A stretch of 64,000 bases of DNA from an uncultured Alphaproteobacteria bacterium (GTDB lineage Bacteria; Pseudomonadota; Alphaproteobacteria; Rhizobiales; Rhizobiaceae): assembly GCA_963841615.1 (NCBI GenBank), contig CAWJDI010000001.1:65020-129019 (forward strand). The letters run 5' to 3'. Shown here piece by piece: positions 54,862 through 64,000 of the stretch (the first letter of the stretch is position 1; every line of letters starts with the position of its first letter). The translations under genes and the position numbers were made by a program. The notes beneath the pieces were generated by a model. That model did not search any database, was not told the DNA's origin, and worked only from the letters and a program-made list of their open reading frames with translations.

Positions 54862-56088
54862 TCAGGCGGCGTCGGAAAATGCCGCGCGGTCGCGCGGACC
54901 GAACAATTCGCATTTAGCCGCCACGCCGATCAGCGCGTGTTCCCCGATCGATTGCCACAGGTCCGGCTGTTCGGCTGCGATGTCTGCTGAAGCAAGCACC
55001 GGCACGCCGATGGATTTCGTCAGCGTTTCGATCCGCTCCACCTCGTTGACCGTTGGACCGATAACGGAGAACGACAGGCGCGAGGCAACGCCGATATTGC
55101 CGAACATGACTGTGCCGATGTTCATGCCGATACCGAAATCGATTTCCGGCACATTCTTTTCGAAAGCCGTCTCGTTCATCATTTTCATGCAGCGCATGGC
55201 GTCGCGGGCGGCGCGGGTGGCGCGGCATACGGCGTCGTGCTGTCCGGTGTCATCCTCGAAGGGGAAGATCGCCAGAACCGCGTCGCCGATGAAATCCAGT
55301 ATCTCACCGCCATGGGCGATGGCCGAACCTGCGGTCGCCTCGAAATAGCGGTTCAGCAACGCCAGAAAATCCGCCGGTTTCATCGTGTCGGCCAGCGTGG
55401 TCGAGCGGCGCATGTCGCAATACCACACGACTGCGCGCGTCTCATGTCCGTCGCCGAGCTTGATCTGCCCATCCAGAACCGCCCTGCCCGCGTGGCGGCC
55501 CAGATAGGTTTCAGTGATGTTGCGTGCGATGCGGCCCTGAACGACCGTCTTGCAGGCGGCCGCGAAACGGCGCTGGATGCGCTTGAGCGCCAGAAGATCG
55601 TCGTCGGAAAACCCGCCTTCGCGGTCTGCGGCCCATGAAACCAGCAGGCCATTGGCCTCCGGCGTCATTCTGTCGGTCTTGCTGTCGAAACTGGTGGCGA
55701 TCATCAGATAATCGGTCATGCCAAGTTCGACGAGTTCGTCGAGAACCGGAAAGTCGACCATTCGGTTCGGACCATCCAGCTGGCGGCGCAATTCGTCCAC
55801 GCCATTGTCCATCATGTATTTCATGGGGCTTGCCAGCCACGCTTCGCTCGCTTCCTCCTGATGACGGAATTGCTCAAACTCCGTCTCGTTTCCACGATGC
55901 CACATGATCGTCTCTGCGGTAAAAAGCGGGTGCAGCGTTGGCCATGTCAGGCGCGCACGGGCTACGGGGACACCGATGGCATAAAGCCGGTGGCAGACCT
56001 GCGTAAACATTTCGATGATGTCGGGGTCCGCCAGCGCCTGATCGACCAGCCATTCGCCGATATCCTGAACGAGTGTTTCGCGGCTCAT
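54862..56088 (-). CDS. Class III adenylate/guanylate cyclase with an N-terminal GAF-like region
   Basis: Motifs VVWYCDMRRST, ILDFIGDAVLAIF, FGIGMNIG..MFGNIG and FSVIGPTVNEVERIE. Confidence 0.85.
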   Translation of the reverse strand: MSRETLVQDIGEWLVDQALADPDIIEMFTQVCHRLYAIGVPVARARLTWPTLHPLFTAETIMWHRGNETEFEQFRHQEEASEAWLASPMKYMMDNGVDELRRQLDGPNRMVDFPVLDELVELGMTDYLMIATSFDSKTDRMTPEANGLLVSWAADREGGFSDDDLLALKRIQRRFAAACKTVVQGRIARNITETYLGRHAGRAVLDGQIKLGDGHETRAVVWYCDMRRSTTLADTMKPADFLALLNRYFEATAGSAIAHGGEILDFIGDAVLAIFPFEDDTGQHDAVCRATRAARDAMRCMKMMNETAFEKNVPEIDFGIGMNIGTVMFGNIGVASRLSFSVIGPTVNEVERIETLTKSIGVPVLASADIAAEQPDLWQSIGEHALIGVAAKCELFGPRDRAAFSDAA

Positions 56089-56157
56089 GGGCAGGAACTT
56101 TCGGGCGTTTTCGGTTGCTGCTATGTCGTGCGGGCTAAGCGGAAATTCAAGCTGTTT

Positions 56158-56990
56158 TCAACCTTGCGCAGCCAGTCGTTCCGCCCGTTGGCGCATCACC
56201 TCCTGCCGCTTTAAAGACAGCGAAGCAATGATGACGCCGACGGCGACGATGGCGACGAGAATGGTGCAGACGGCGTTGATTTCCGGGGTTACACCAAGCC
56301 GGACCTGCGAGAATATCTTCATCGGCAGCGTGGTCGCGCCGGGGCCGGAATTGAACTGGGCGATGACGAGATCGTCCAGCGATAGGGTGAAGGCCAGCAT
56401 CCAGCCGGCCATGACGGCGGGGAAGATCAGCGGCAGGGTGACGGAGAAGAATGCGCGGGCGGGGGTGGCACCAAGGTCGAGTGCCGCTTCCTCCAGAGAC
56501 CGGTCGAAGCCCGCCAGCCGCGCCTGCACCACCACGGCCACGAAGCACATGGAGAATGTGATGTGGGCGAGTATCACCGTGGTCATGCCCCGGTCGAGGT
56601 CGATGGCGACGAACAGCAGCAGCAGCGACAAACCGGTTATGACCTCGGGCATGACGAGCGGCGCGTAGATCATGCCGGAAAACAGCAGGCGACCGGGAAA
56701 TATCATGCGTCGCGCCAGCGCCATCGCCGCCATCGTGCCGAGGATCGTTGCGACGGTGGCGGAGATGAAGGCAACGCGGATCGTCACCCATGCCGCGTCC
56801 ATCAGGGAAGTCGTTGGCGAAGGCTTCCGCGTACCATTTGGTCGAGAAGCCCGCCCAGACGGTCACGAGGCGGGACTCGTTGAACGAGAAGATGATGAGC
56901 AGCACGATGGGCAGATAGAGAAACGCAAACCCCACCACCACGCTGGTGATGTTGAAGCCCGTCCAGCGCGCGTTCACGTTCCCTGCTCCC
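56158..56990 (-). CDS. potI: Polyamine ABC transporter permease PotI/PotC, frameshifted near 56810
   Basis: The N-terminus (MNARWTG..FLYLPIVLLIIFSFNESRLVTVWAGFSTKWY) is in one frame. PLVMPEVITGLSLL and LEEAALDLGA..FTLSLDD are in ORF 56158-56802. Confidence 0.85.
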
Positions 56991-57862
56991 GCTGTTGGAT
57001 GCGCTGGAAGATGACGATGGGCACGATGAGCAGGGCCAGCAGAATGACGGCAACCGTTGAGGAAACCGGCCAATCGCGGTTGCGGAAGAACTCGTTGTAG
57101 AGCGTCTTGCCGATCATCAGCGTGTCCGACCCGCCGAGTATCGACGGGATGACGAACTCGCCAACCGCCGGAATGAACACCAGAAAGCAGCCGGCCAGCA
57201 CGCCGGGCAGCGCCAGCGGCCATGTCACCTGCCAGAACGCGTCGATTGGCGTGCAGCCGAGGTCGGCGGCGGCTTCCAGCAACGCGCCGTCCTGCTTTTC
57301 GAGGTTTGCATAGAGCGGCAGCACCATGAACGGCAGGTAGGAATAGACGATGCCGATATAGACCGCGATATCGGTGTTGAGGATCGTCAACGGGGTGTCG
57401 ATCATCGCCGAGCCAGAGCAGGAACTGGTTCAGCAGACCCTCCTTTTTCAGGATACCGATCCACGCATAGACGCGGATGAGAAACGACGTCCAGAACGGC
57501 AGGATGACCAGCATCAGCAGGATGGGCCGCAGGGTGCGCGGTGCGCGGGCCATGCCGTAGGCGAGCGGAAAGCCGATGAGCAGGGTCAGCACGGTGGAGA
57601 CGGCTGCGATCCACACGCTCGACAGATAGCTTTTCCAATACAGGCTATCGGACGCGATGAAGGCGTAATTCTCGAATGTCAGTTCCTTCGCACTCGCCAG
57701 CCAACCGGCCACGCCGTCGATCCAGTCGAAGGTGGGCGTGTAGGGCGGGATTGCCATCGCGGGAAACGACAGGGAAATTTTGGCGACCAGAACGAACGGG
57801 GCGAGAAAGAAAATCAGCAGCCACAGATAGGGCAGCAGGACGGTAAAGCGGCTGCTCTTCAT
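56974..57862 (-). CDS. potH: Polyamine ABC transporter permease PotH/PotB, frameshifted near 57405
   Basis: LPYLWLLIFFLAPF...ILPFWTSFLIRVYAW, continuing in ORF 56974-57405 with YSYLPFMVLPLY, LLEAAADLG and FIPAVGEFVIP. Confidence 0.85.
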
Positions 57863-57875
57863 CGACCCGACCCGC

Positions 57876-59013
57876 TCATGCGGTCAGCACCAAAGCGCTG
57901 TCGGGTTCGGCATGGAGCCAGACGCGGTCTTCCCAGGTGATCGGGTCATCGGCGGCGACAGTGCGGTTCAACTGGCTGGCCTTGAAGAAGGTGCCATCGT
58001 CCAGCTTGACCTTGTAGATTGTGAGATCACCGAGATAGGCGATGTCCCACACCTCGCCTGCCAGCACGTTGTTTGCCGTTGCAGGCGCGGCGCGGGAAAT
58101 GGTGAGTTTTTCCGGTCGCACGGCGAACCATGCGGTCGTGCCTACGCCAAACGGCTCCGGTGCCTGCGCTTCCAGCACCGTGCCATCGGCGGTTTCCAAG
58201 GTCGTCGTGTCACCCGCTTTCACTACGATGCCTTGAAGCACGTTCATGTCACCGAGAAAGTCGGCGACATAGCGGTTCGATGGCCGCTCATACATCTGGG
58301 CGGGCGGGCGCGATTTGCACGAGGCGACCTGCATTCATAACGGCAATGCGGTCGGAAACCGTCATGGCCTCCTCCTGATCGTGGGTGACGATCATGAAGG
58401 TGATGCCAAGACGTTCCTGCAGATCGACCAGCTCGAACTGCGTTTCCTCGCGCAGCTTGCGGTCGAGCGCGCCGAGGGGTTCATCGAGCAGCAGCACGCG
58501 GGGTTGCTTGGCGAGGGACCGGGCGAGCGCCACGCGCTGCCGCTGGCCGCCGGAAAGCTGGTCCGGCTTGCGGCCAGCCAGTCCATCCAGTTTCACCAGC
58601 GCCAGCATTTCGGCCACCCGATCGGCGATCTCACCCTTCGCCATGCCGTCCTGTTTCAGCCCGAATGCGATGTTTTTCGCCACATCCATGTGCGGAAACA
58701 GGGCGTAGGACTGGAACATCATGTTGACCGGTCGCCGGTAGGGCGGGACACCAGCGAGGTCATTGCCTTCCAACAACAAGCGGCCTTCGGTAACGCTTTC
58801 AAACCCCGCCAGCATCCGCATCAGCGTGGTCTTGCCACAACCGGACGGGCCGAGAAGCGCGAAGAATTCCTTCTCGTAGATGTCGAGGCTTAAATCCTCG
58901 ACGGCGGTGACCGCGCCGTAGCGTTTCGTCACATGCTCGAAACGGATAAAGGGCGTCGCAGAGGGGTCGTCCCAAGGCGTAAAATCGCGGCGGAACGAGG
59001 CGACGCCCTTCAT
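57876..59013 (-). CDS. potG: Polyamine ABC transporter ATPase PotG/PotA, frameshifted near 58320
   Basis: Walker [22 protein letters not shown] and LLLDEP. The TOBE C-terminus ([14 protein letters not shown]) is in ORF 57876-58334. Confidence 0.88.
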
Positions 59014-59034
59014 GATCTTGTCTTCTTACCAGAC

Positions 59035-60111
59035 CTACTGGCCCGTCTTCACCTTCGTCCAGGCCCGCGTGACGGTGCGGTTGGTGCGCGGGTCATAGGG
59101 CTGCACGGTGTAGAGTTTTTCCATCACATCGGCTGGTGGATAGATGGCCGGGTCGTCCAGCACTTCCTTATCCATCAGTTCTTGCGCAGCAAGGTTGCCG
59201 TTGGCGTAGAACACGTAGTCGGACGCCTTGGCGATCACGTCCGGCCGCATCAGGTAGTTGATGAACGTATGGGCGTTTTCCACGTTTGGCGCATCTGCGG
59301 GCACGGCCATCTGGTCGAACCACATAAGCGAGCCTTCCTTCGGGATCACGTAACCGACCTCGACACCCACATCGGCTTCCGCCGCACGGTCGCGGGCCTG
59401 GAACACGTCACCGGAGAAGCCGACGGCGAGGCAAATGTCACCGTTGGCGAGGCCGTTGATATATTCCGAGGAATTGAACTTCTGCACGAAGGGGCGAACC
59501 TTCGTCATCAGTTCGGTGGCTTCCTCGATATCGGCAGGCTCGCGGGAATCCGGGTTCTTGCCGAGGTAGTTGAGAGCAGCGACGAACATTTCGGATGGCG
59601 CATCGAGGAAATGCACACCGCAATCCTCGAACTTGGCGATCTGTTCAGGGTCAAACACAACTGACCAGCTATCGACTGTCACGCCACGCTCTTCAGCAGC
59701 CTTGACGTTGTAACCGATGCCAGTGGTGCCCCACATATAGTTGCGGGAATACTCGGCACCGGGGTCATAGGCATCGACGCGGGTGTTGACCACGTCCCAC
59801 ATGTTTTTCGTGTTATCGAGTTTGGAGCCGTCGAGCGGCTGGAACACGCCTGCGGAAATCTGGCGCTTCAGGAAGTCGGCGGACGGCACGACGACATCGT
59901 AGCCCGTGCCGCCAGCGAGCAGCTTGGTTTCCACGATCTCGTTGGAATCGAACACGTCGTAGCGCACCTTGATACCGGTTTCCTTTTCGAAATCGGCAAT
60001 GATGCTGTCGTCGATATAGTCCGACCAGTTATAGACGTTGACCACCTGGTCCTGCGCGAATGCGACGGTGGATGCGGCGGAAAGGGCGAGGGCTGCGAGC
60101 AGCATTTTCAT
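59035..60111 (-). CDS. potF: Putrescine/polyamine ABC transporter substrate-binding protein
   Basis: Motifs VNVYNWSDYID, YDVFDSNE, YMWGTTGIGYN and PKEGSLMWFD. The likely start is MKMLLAA at about 60111. Confidence 0.9.
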   Translation of the reverse strand: MKMLLAALALSAASTVAFAQDQVVNVYNWSDYIDDSIIADFEKETGIKVRYDVFDSNEIVETKLLAGGTGYDVVVPSADFLKRQISAGVFQPLDGSKLDNTKNMWDVVNTRVDAYDPGAEYSRNYMWGTTGIGYNVKAAEERGVTVDSWSVVFDPEQIAKFEDCGVHFLDAPSEMFVAALNYLGKNPDSREPADIEEATELMTKVRPFVQKFNSSEYINGLANGDICLAVGFSGDVFQARDRAAEADVGVEVGYVIPKEGSLMWFDQMAVPADAPNVENAHTFINYLMRPDVIAKASDYVFYANGNLAAQELMDKEVLDDPAIYPPADVMEKLYTVQPYDPRTNRTVTRAWTKVKTGQ

Positions 60112-60231
60112 GGCTTTGGATCCTGTCGAGGGTCTCGTTTGTCGAAACCTAGGGCAGGACACGGCGCGATTGCAAATGGCTTTTGCCTGCAATGCGCCTG
60201 CTGCCCGATTTACAGGCACATTCACAGCCGT

Positions 60232-61572
60232 TCAGCGGTAGGTTGCCTGTTCCAGTGGCGACATGTCGTTGGCAAAGCCGTCCAGTTCCGCCCGCTTCAC
60301 CGCTGTGAGTATTGCGTGCATGGGCAGGCCCAGCGCCTGCACAGCCTTGTCGTCGTCAAAGGCGGCCAGCGCCTTTTCCATCGTGGCAGGCAAGGCGGAG
60401 CCGCGGTTAGGCGTGGCCGACTCGTAGCCGTTGCCTTCCAGCGCCGGTTGCGGTTCCTGCGCCGCTTCCAGCCCGTCCATCATGGCTTGCAGGATGCACG
60501 CGACAACAAGATACGGGTTGGCGTCTGCTCCAGCGACACGATGCTCGATGCGCTTGGCCTTGTCGCCTGCGGCAGGCAAGCGTACGGCGACGGAGCGGTT
60601 GTTGTCGGCCCAGTTTGCGTTGGTCGGCGCGTAGCTGCCCGGTGCCATGCGGCGAAAGCCGTTAATGGTGCTGATGAACACGAGCGTGTGCGCCGCCATC
60701 GCGTCCAGCAGCCCGGCAACCGCGTGGCGTTGGCGGGTGCTGCCTTCCTCACCGGAAAAGATGTTGGTGCCGTCCCTATCAAGCAGACTGGTATGAACGT
60801 GCAGGCCATTGCCCGGCTGGCCGATGAAGGGTTTGGCCATGAAGGTGGCGGTCAGCCCGTTGGCGCGGGCACATTCGCGGATGGCACGCTTGAGCAGCAT
60901 CACATCGTCAGCGGCGCGCAGTGGGTCGGGGCGGTGATTGAGATTGACTTCAAACTGGCCGGGGCCAGCCTCCTTGACGATCGTATCGATCGGCAGGTCG
61001 GCCAAGCGGCAAGCTTCGCGCAAGTCTGCAAACAGGGCCGAATGCTTGGCGAGCTGGTTCAGGCTGTACATGAATTGCGCGTCGGGAATGAGCGATGCAC
61101 CGACCGGTTCGCCTGCCTCGTCGAGCAGGTGAAACTCGATCTCGCAGGCGCAGACGGCGGTCAGGCCCATTGCGTCCAGCCGCTCGACCGCGCGGCGCAG
61201 CACGGTGCGGGCGCAACCGCCGAACGGGGTGCCGTCCGGTTCGACGGTTTCCAGCAGCACCTGCGCGGCATTCTCCCCCCAGGGAACGCATGAAAGGGAC
61301 GACGGGACGGCTTTGCAGAACCCATCCAAGTCGCCGGACGAAATATGCAAGCCGGTCGCTTCCACCTCGTTACCCCACACATCGAGTCCGTGCAGCGAGA
61401 GTGGAAAATTGACGCCCTCTGCGAACGCCTTGTCCAACGTGGCAGCGGGCGCCCATTTGCCCCGCGCAATGCCGTTGGGGTCGGTGAGAACGAGTTCGAC
61501 AGTCTCGACGCCGGGGTTGGCGTCGAGAAAGGACGCGAGTGTCGCCTCCCCGTCTTCAGAGAGTGCTGGCAA
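60232..61572 (-). CDS. Glutamine synthetase family protein (gamma-glutamylputrescine synthetase PuuA-like)
   Basis: Motifs DPNGIARGK, EAGPGQFEVNL, ATFMAKP...GNGLHVH, NNRSVAVR and EHRVAGADANPYL; next to the pot operon. Confidence 0.85.
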   Translation of the reverse strand: MPALSEDGEATLASFLDANPGVETVELVLTDPNGIARGKWAPAATLDKAFAEGVNFPLSLHGLDVWGNEVEATGLHISSGDLDGFCKAVPSSLSCVPWGENAAQVLLETVEPDGTPFGGCARTVLRRAVERLDAMGLTAVCACEIEFHLLDEAGEPVGASLIPDAQFMYSLNQLAKHSALFADLREACRLADLPIDTIVKEAGPGQFEVNLNHRPDPLRAADDVMLLKRAIRECARANGLTATFMAKPFIGQPGNGLHVHTSLLDRDGTNIFSGEEGSTRQRHAVAGLLDAMAAHTLVFISTINGFRRMAPGSYAPTNANWADNNRSVAVRLPAAGDKAKRIEHRVAGADANPYLVVACILQAMMDGLEAAQEPQPALEGNGYESATPNRGSALPATMEKALAAFDDDKAVQALGLPMHAILTAVKRAELDGFANDMSPLEQATYR

Positions 61573-62377
61573 ACTTGGCGATCGTCTGCTGGTAGGCAGT
61601 GGACTCGTTCCACGAATTGAAAACGCGGAAGTTGTTGCTGCCGGGCTGATAGTCGCGCATGGGCTGCCAGCCGTTACGGCGCAGATAGTTGGCTGCGGAA
61701 GCCAGCGCGTCGGCGCGGGATTTCACGAGATCGCGACGGCCATCGCCATCGAAATCGACGGCGTAGCGCAGGTAGTTTTCAGCCATGAACTGGGTTTGGC
61801 CCAATTCGCCGTGGCCCGCGCCCTTCATGTTGGACGGGGACAGCCAGCCCTTGTCCAGAATGGTCAGTGCGGCCATTAGGTTAGGTGTGAACAGGCCCGT
61901 GCGGCGGCAATCGTGCGACAGAGTGGCGAGCGCGTTGATCGTGTCGATCTTGCCGGTGTAACCGCCGAATGCCGTTTCCATGCCCCAGATCGTGACAAGT
62001 ATCTCGCGCTGAACACCATATGTGCGCTCGATGGCGTCGAACAGCTTGCGGTTTTTGTCGAGTTGTCGCTTGGCCGGGCCGGCGAGACCGTTGGTCTTCT
62101 TGGCGTAGAACTTGTTGAAGTTGGTCTGGGAGCGACCCGCGGACTTGAACGCTTCGGCCTGCCTGCGATCGAACTTGATGACCGTATTGGAATACTGGGC
62201 GTTGGCGAGCGCGTTGCGGCCTTTTTGGCCAATTCCCGCCGACTGCGCCTTTTTATCGAAGCTCTGCTTGAAGCTGTCGAAGCCCGACGACGTGTTGGAG
62301 CATTTGGCATAGGCGGCCATGGGCGCGGCGGCGACGAGGCCGACGGCTAGAAGAGCGGCGGAGACAGATCGGATCAT
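61556..62377 (-). CDS. Lytic murein transglycosylase (MltB/SLT_2 family)
   Basis: Signal peptide, IWGMETAFG, GAGHGELGQTQFM, VDFDGDGRRDL and LASAANYL...GWQ. Confidence 0.88.
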   Translation of the reverse strand: MIRSVSAALLAVGLVAAAPMAAYAKCSNTSSGFDSFKQSFDKKAQSAGIGQKGRNALANAQYSNTVIKFDRRQAEAFKSAGRSQTNFNKFYAKKTNGLAGPAKRQLDKNRKLFDAIERTYGVQREILVTIWGMETAFGGYTGKIDTINALATLSHDCRRTGLFTPNLMAALTILDKGWLSPSNMKGAGHGELGQTQFMAENYLRYAVDFDGDGRRDLVKSRADALASAANYLRRNGWQPMRDYQPGSNNFRVFNSWNESTAYQQTIAKFASTL

Positions 62378-62502
62378 TGGTCGGGTTCCTGCAAGCGAAT
62401 GGGGTGTTGCTACCCTTTGTGAACAGCAATGCGAAGACTTCATGGCAGATCAAGCGTTCACGAACGGTTAACCTGTTTTTGTGGTCCGTTCGCCACAGGT
62501 GT

Positions 62503-64000
62503 TCAAGTTAGGCCGTATGCACCGAAACCCTGCACCAGATCGTCCAGTCCCTGCGGTCGCGACAGGGGCGGTGCGGAGCGGGAGGTGCAGGATACGCGTT
62601 CGCACAAGCGGCAAGCCGGGCCTATTTCGACGGGGCCGACCGCCTGCACGTCCGGCAACAAGCGCACATGGGCCAAGTCGTTGGGGAGCGAATGAGATGT
62701 GATCGGCGCAACAGGCATTTTGCCGACGACCGACCGCCCGGCCTCCATGACAGCCTTGGCGTGGGGATCTTCGATTCCCAGTAACAAGGCCGACGTTTTA
62801 GGCCGCTCGCCCGCGTTGCCGACGACACCCTCGACCGTGAGAGACAGGGTAATGAAAACCTCGCCCGCAGGCGTGACGACCCGTTCACAAACCAGTTGCC
62901 CCGGATGAGCGAAGGCGGCGTAAAGTCCCAGTTTCGGGCATGCGCCACCAAAGCGGGATGCGGGAAAGCCTTTCGCACCGAGGCGGCGCAGTACCGTGCC
63001 CGCGCGGTCCACTTCCATTGAGAAAAACGGCAGTCCCGCACGGCGACCGTCGGATTTGTCCTGCAGGCTAACGAGGCGGTGGGCGACCTGTGCCTGTGAA
63101 CACCCGAAGCGGGTGGCTAAAACCGGGAGGTCATAATGGGTCCGCTCTGCAGCCATGAGAAAGCGGTCGTAGGGCATCAGCACCGCCAGCGCGGCGTAGC
63201 GCGCCAGTTCCAGCCGCAACAGGCGCATGGCTTCCTCACCGTCTTTTTCCGCAGTGAGACCGAGCAGTTCCGCCTCCTCGTCCAGCGCCTTGCCTTCCCG
63301 ACGCAGGACGAGTTCCTGAGCCAGCAGTTCGGCCCTTTCCGGCAGCGACAGGCGTTCCGAGACGAACAGGCGGCCGGAATGGCGGTCGATGCGCTTGCGC
63401 CAGACGGGCATGGTTTCGACCGGCAGCACCTGAACCGCCAGCCCGTGTTCAGCGCGCAGCAAGGCGTTGAATGCGTCGGTGCGATCGCCCGTTTCCTTCA
63501 GCGCATCGAGAATGCGGATGGCGGCGCGTTCGAGCCCGGGAAAGCACCACGGCACATCCTCCAGTACCGCGCGCACCCGGTCCAGCGGCAGGGCTCTGGC
63601 CGGTGTGGCGAGGTCGTGGCCCGCCTGCCCCATCAGCGTCGTCATGTCCGACAATCGCTCCCGCTGTTCGCGGTAGGCACGGTAGAGTTTGACGATGCCC
63701 TGCGCGGCGTTGGGTGCCGCATCGGCGATTTCGATCAGTTCCGTATCGCCGGGCAGTTCGCCGGACAGCAGCGGGTCGGCGAAGACTTCCTTCAGCGCCG
63801 CGACGCTGCCCTCCTCGCCACCGGACGACAGTTCGGCCACGTCGATGTCGTATGTGCCGACGATCTTCAGGACCAGTTGCGCGGTCAGCGGGCGCTGGTT
63901 GCGTTCGATCAGGTTCAGATAGCTGGGAGAAATGCCCAGTTCCTGCGCCATCGCGGTCTGGGTCTTCTCCAGCCGTTGCCGAATACGGCGCACGCGGGGA
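62503..64000 (-). CDS. XRE-family / short-chain fatty acyl-CoA regulator (ScfR/RamB-like), 5' end truncated by the window edge
   Basis: N-terminal HTH TQTAMAQELGISPSYLNLIERNQRPLT, ARYAALAVLMPY..F and RFGGACP. Confidence 0.85.
   Translation of the reverse strand, partial: PRVRRIRQRLEKTQTAMAQELGISPSYLNLIERNQRPLTAQLVLKIVGTYDIDVAELSSGGEEGSVAALKEVFADPLLSGELPGDTELIEIADAAPNAAQGIVKLYRAYREQRERLSDMTTLMGQAGHDLATPARALPLDRVRAVLEDVPWCFPGLERAAIRILDALKETGDRTDAFNALLRAEHGLAVQVLPVETMPVWRKRIDRHSGRLFVSERLSLPERAELLAQELVLRREGKALDEEAELLGLTAEKDGEEAMRLLRLELARYAALAVLMPYDRFLMAAERTHYDLPVLATRFGCSQAQVAHRLVSLQDKSDGRRAGLPFFSMEVDRAGTVLRRLGAKGFPASRFGGACPKLGLYAAFAHPGQLVCERVVTPAGEVFITLSLTVEGVVGNAGERPKTSALLLGIEDPHAKAVMEAGRSVVGKMPVAPITSHSLPNDLAHVRLLPDVQAVGPVEIGPACRLCERVSCTSRSAPPLSRPQGLDDLVQGFGAYGLT

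Noticed and set aside
56147-57862. 571 aa ORF that looks like a fused permease
   Set aside because: It is a chimera of the potH N-terminus, out-of-frame text and the potI N-terminus produced by frameshifts, not a novel fusion.

Overview
GC-rich alphaproteobacterial chromosome segment (Rhizobiales-like, inferred from gene content such as DUF4170, ErfK/SrfK L,D-transpeptidase, GshA, PmbA and a PAS kinase). It is mostly housekeeping: pmbA, kefB/C-type K+ efflux, MATE, an M16 peptidase pair, rsmD, rluB, tadA, ileS, ribF, groES/groEL, hisS/hisZ/hisG, tag, glcD/E/F with an lldD-like gene, rsmE, gshA, xseA, a tRNA-His, a PAS histidine kinase, acetoacetyl-CoA synthetase, an adenylate cyclase, a polyamine ABC transporter with a glutamine synthetase-like gene, a lytic transglycosylase and an XRE/ScfR regulator. 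There is one small accessory block after groEL (about 22.0-27.5 kb: delta-class carbonic anhydrase-like protein, an unknown ORF, MscS, an MBL-fold hydrolase, a membrane protein, CsbD). Many conserved genes (hisS, glcD, glcF, lldD, potG/H/I, the PAS kinase, DUF2927) are split across reading frames, which points more to indel sequencing errors than to real pseudogenes. I found no CRISPR array, integrase, transposase or rRNA. The most unusual sequence-level signals are (i) three in-frame insertions in ileS that resemble one palindromic repeat family, (ii) an AT-richer segment of about 550 bp in the middle of hisS, and (iii) the eukaryote-type delta carbonic anhydrase candidate. All product names come from recognising motifs by eye, not from database searches, and coordinates marked approximate were counted by hand.
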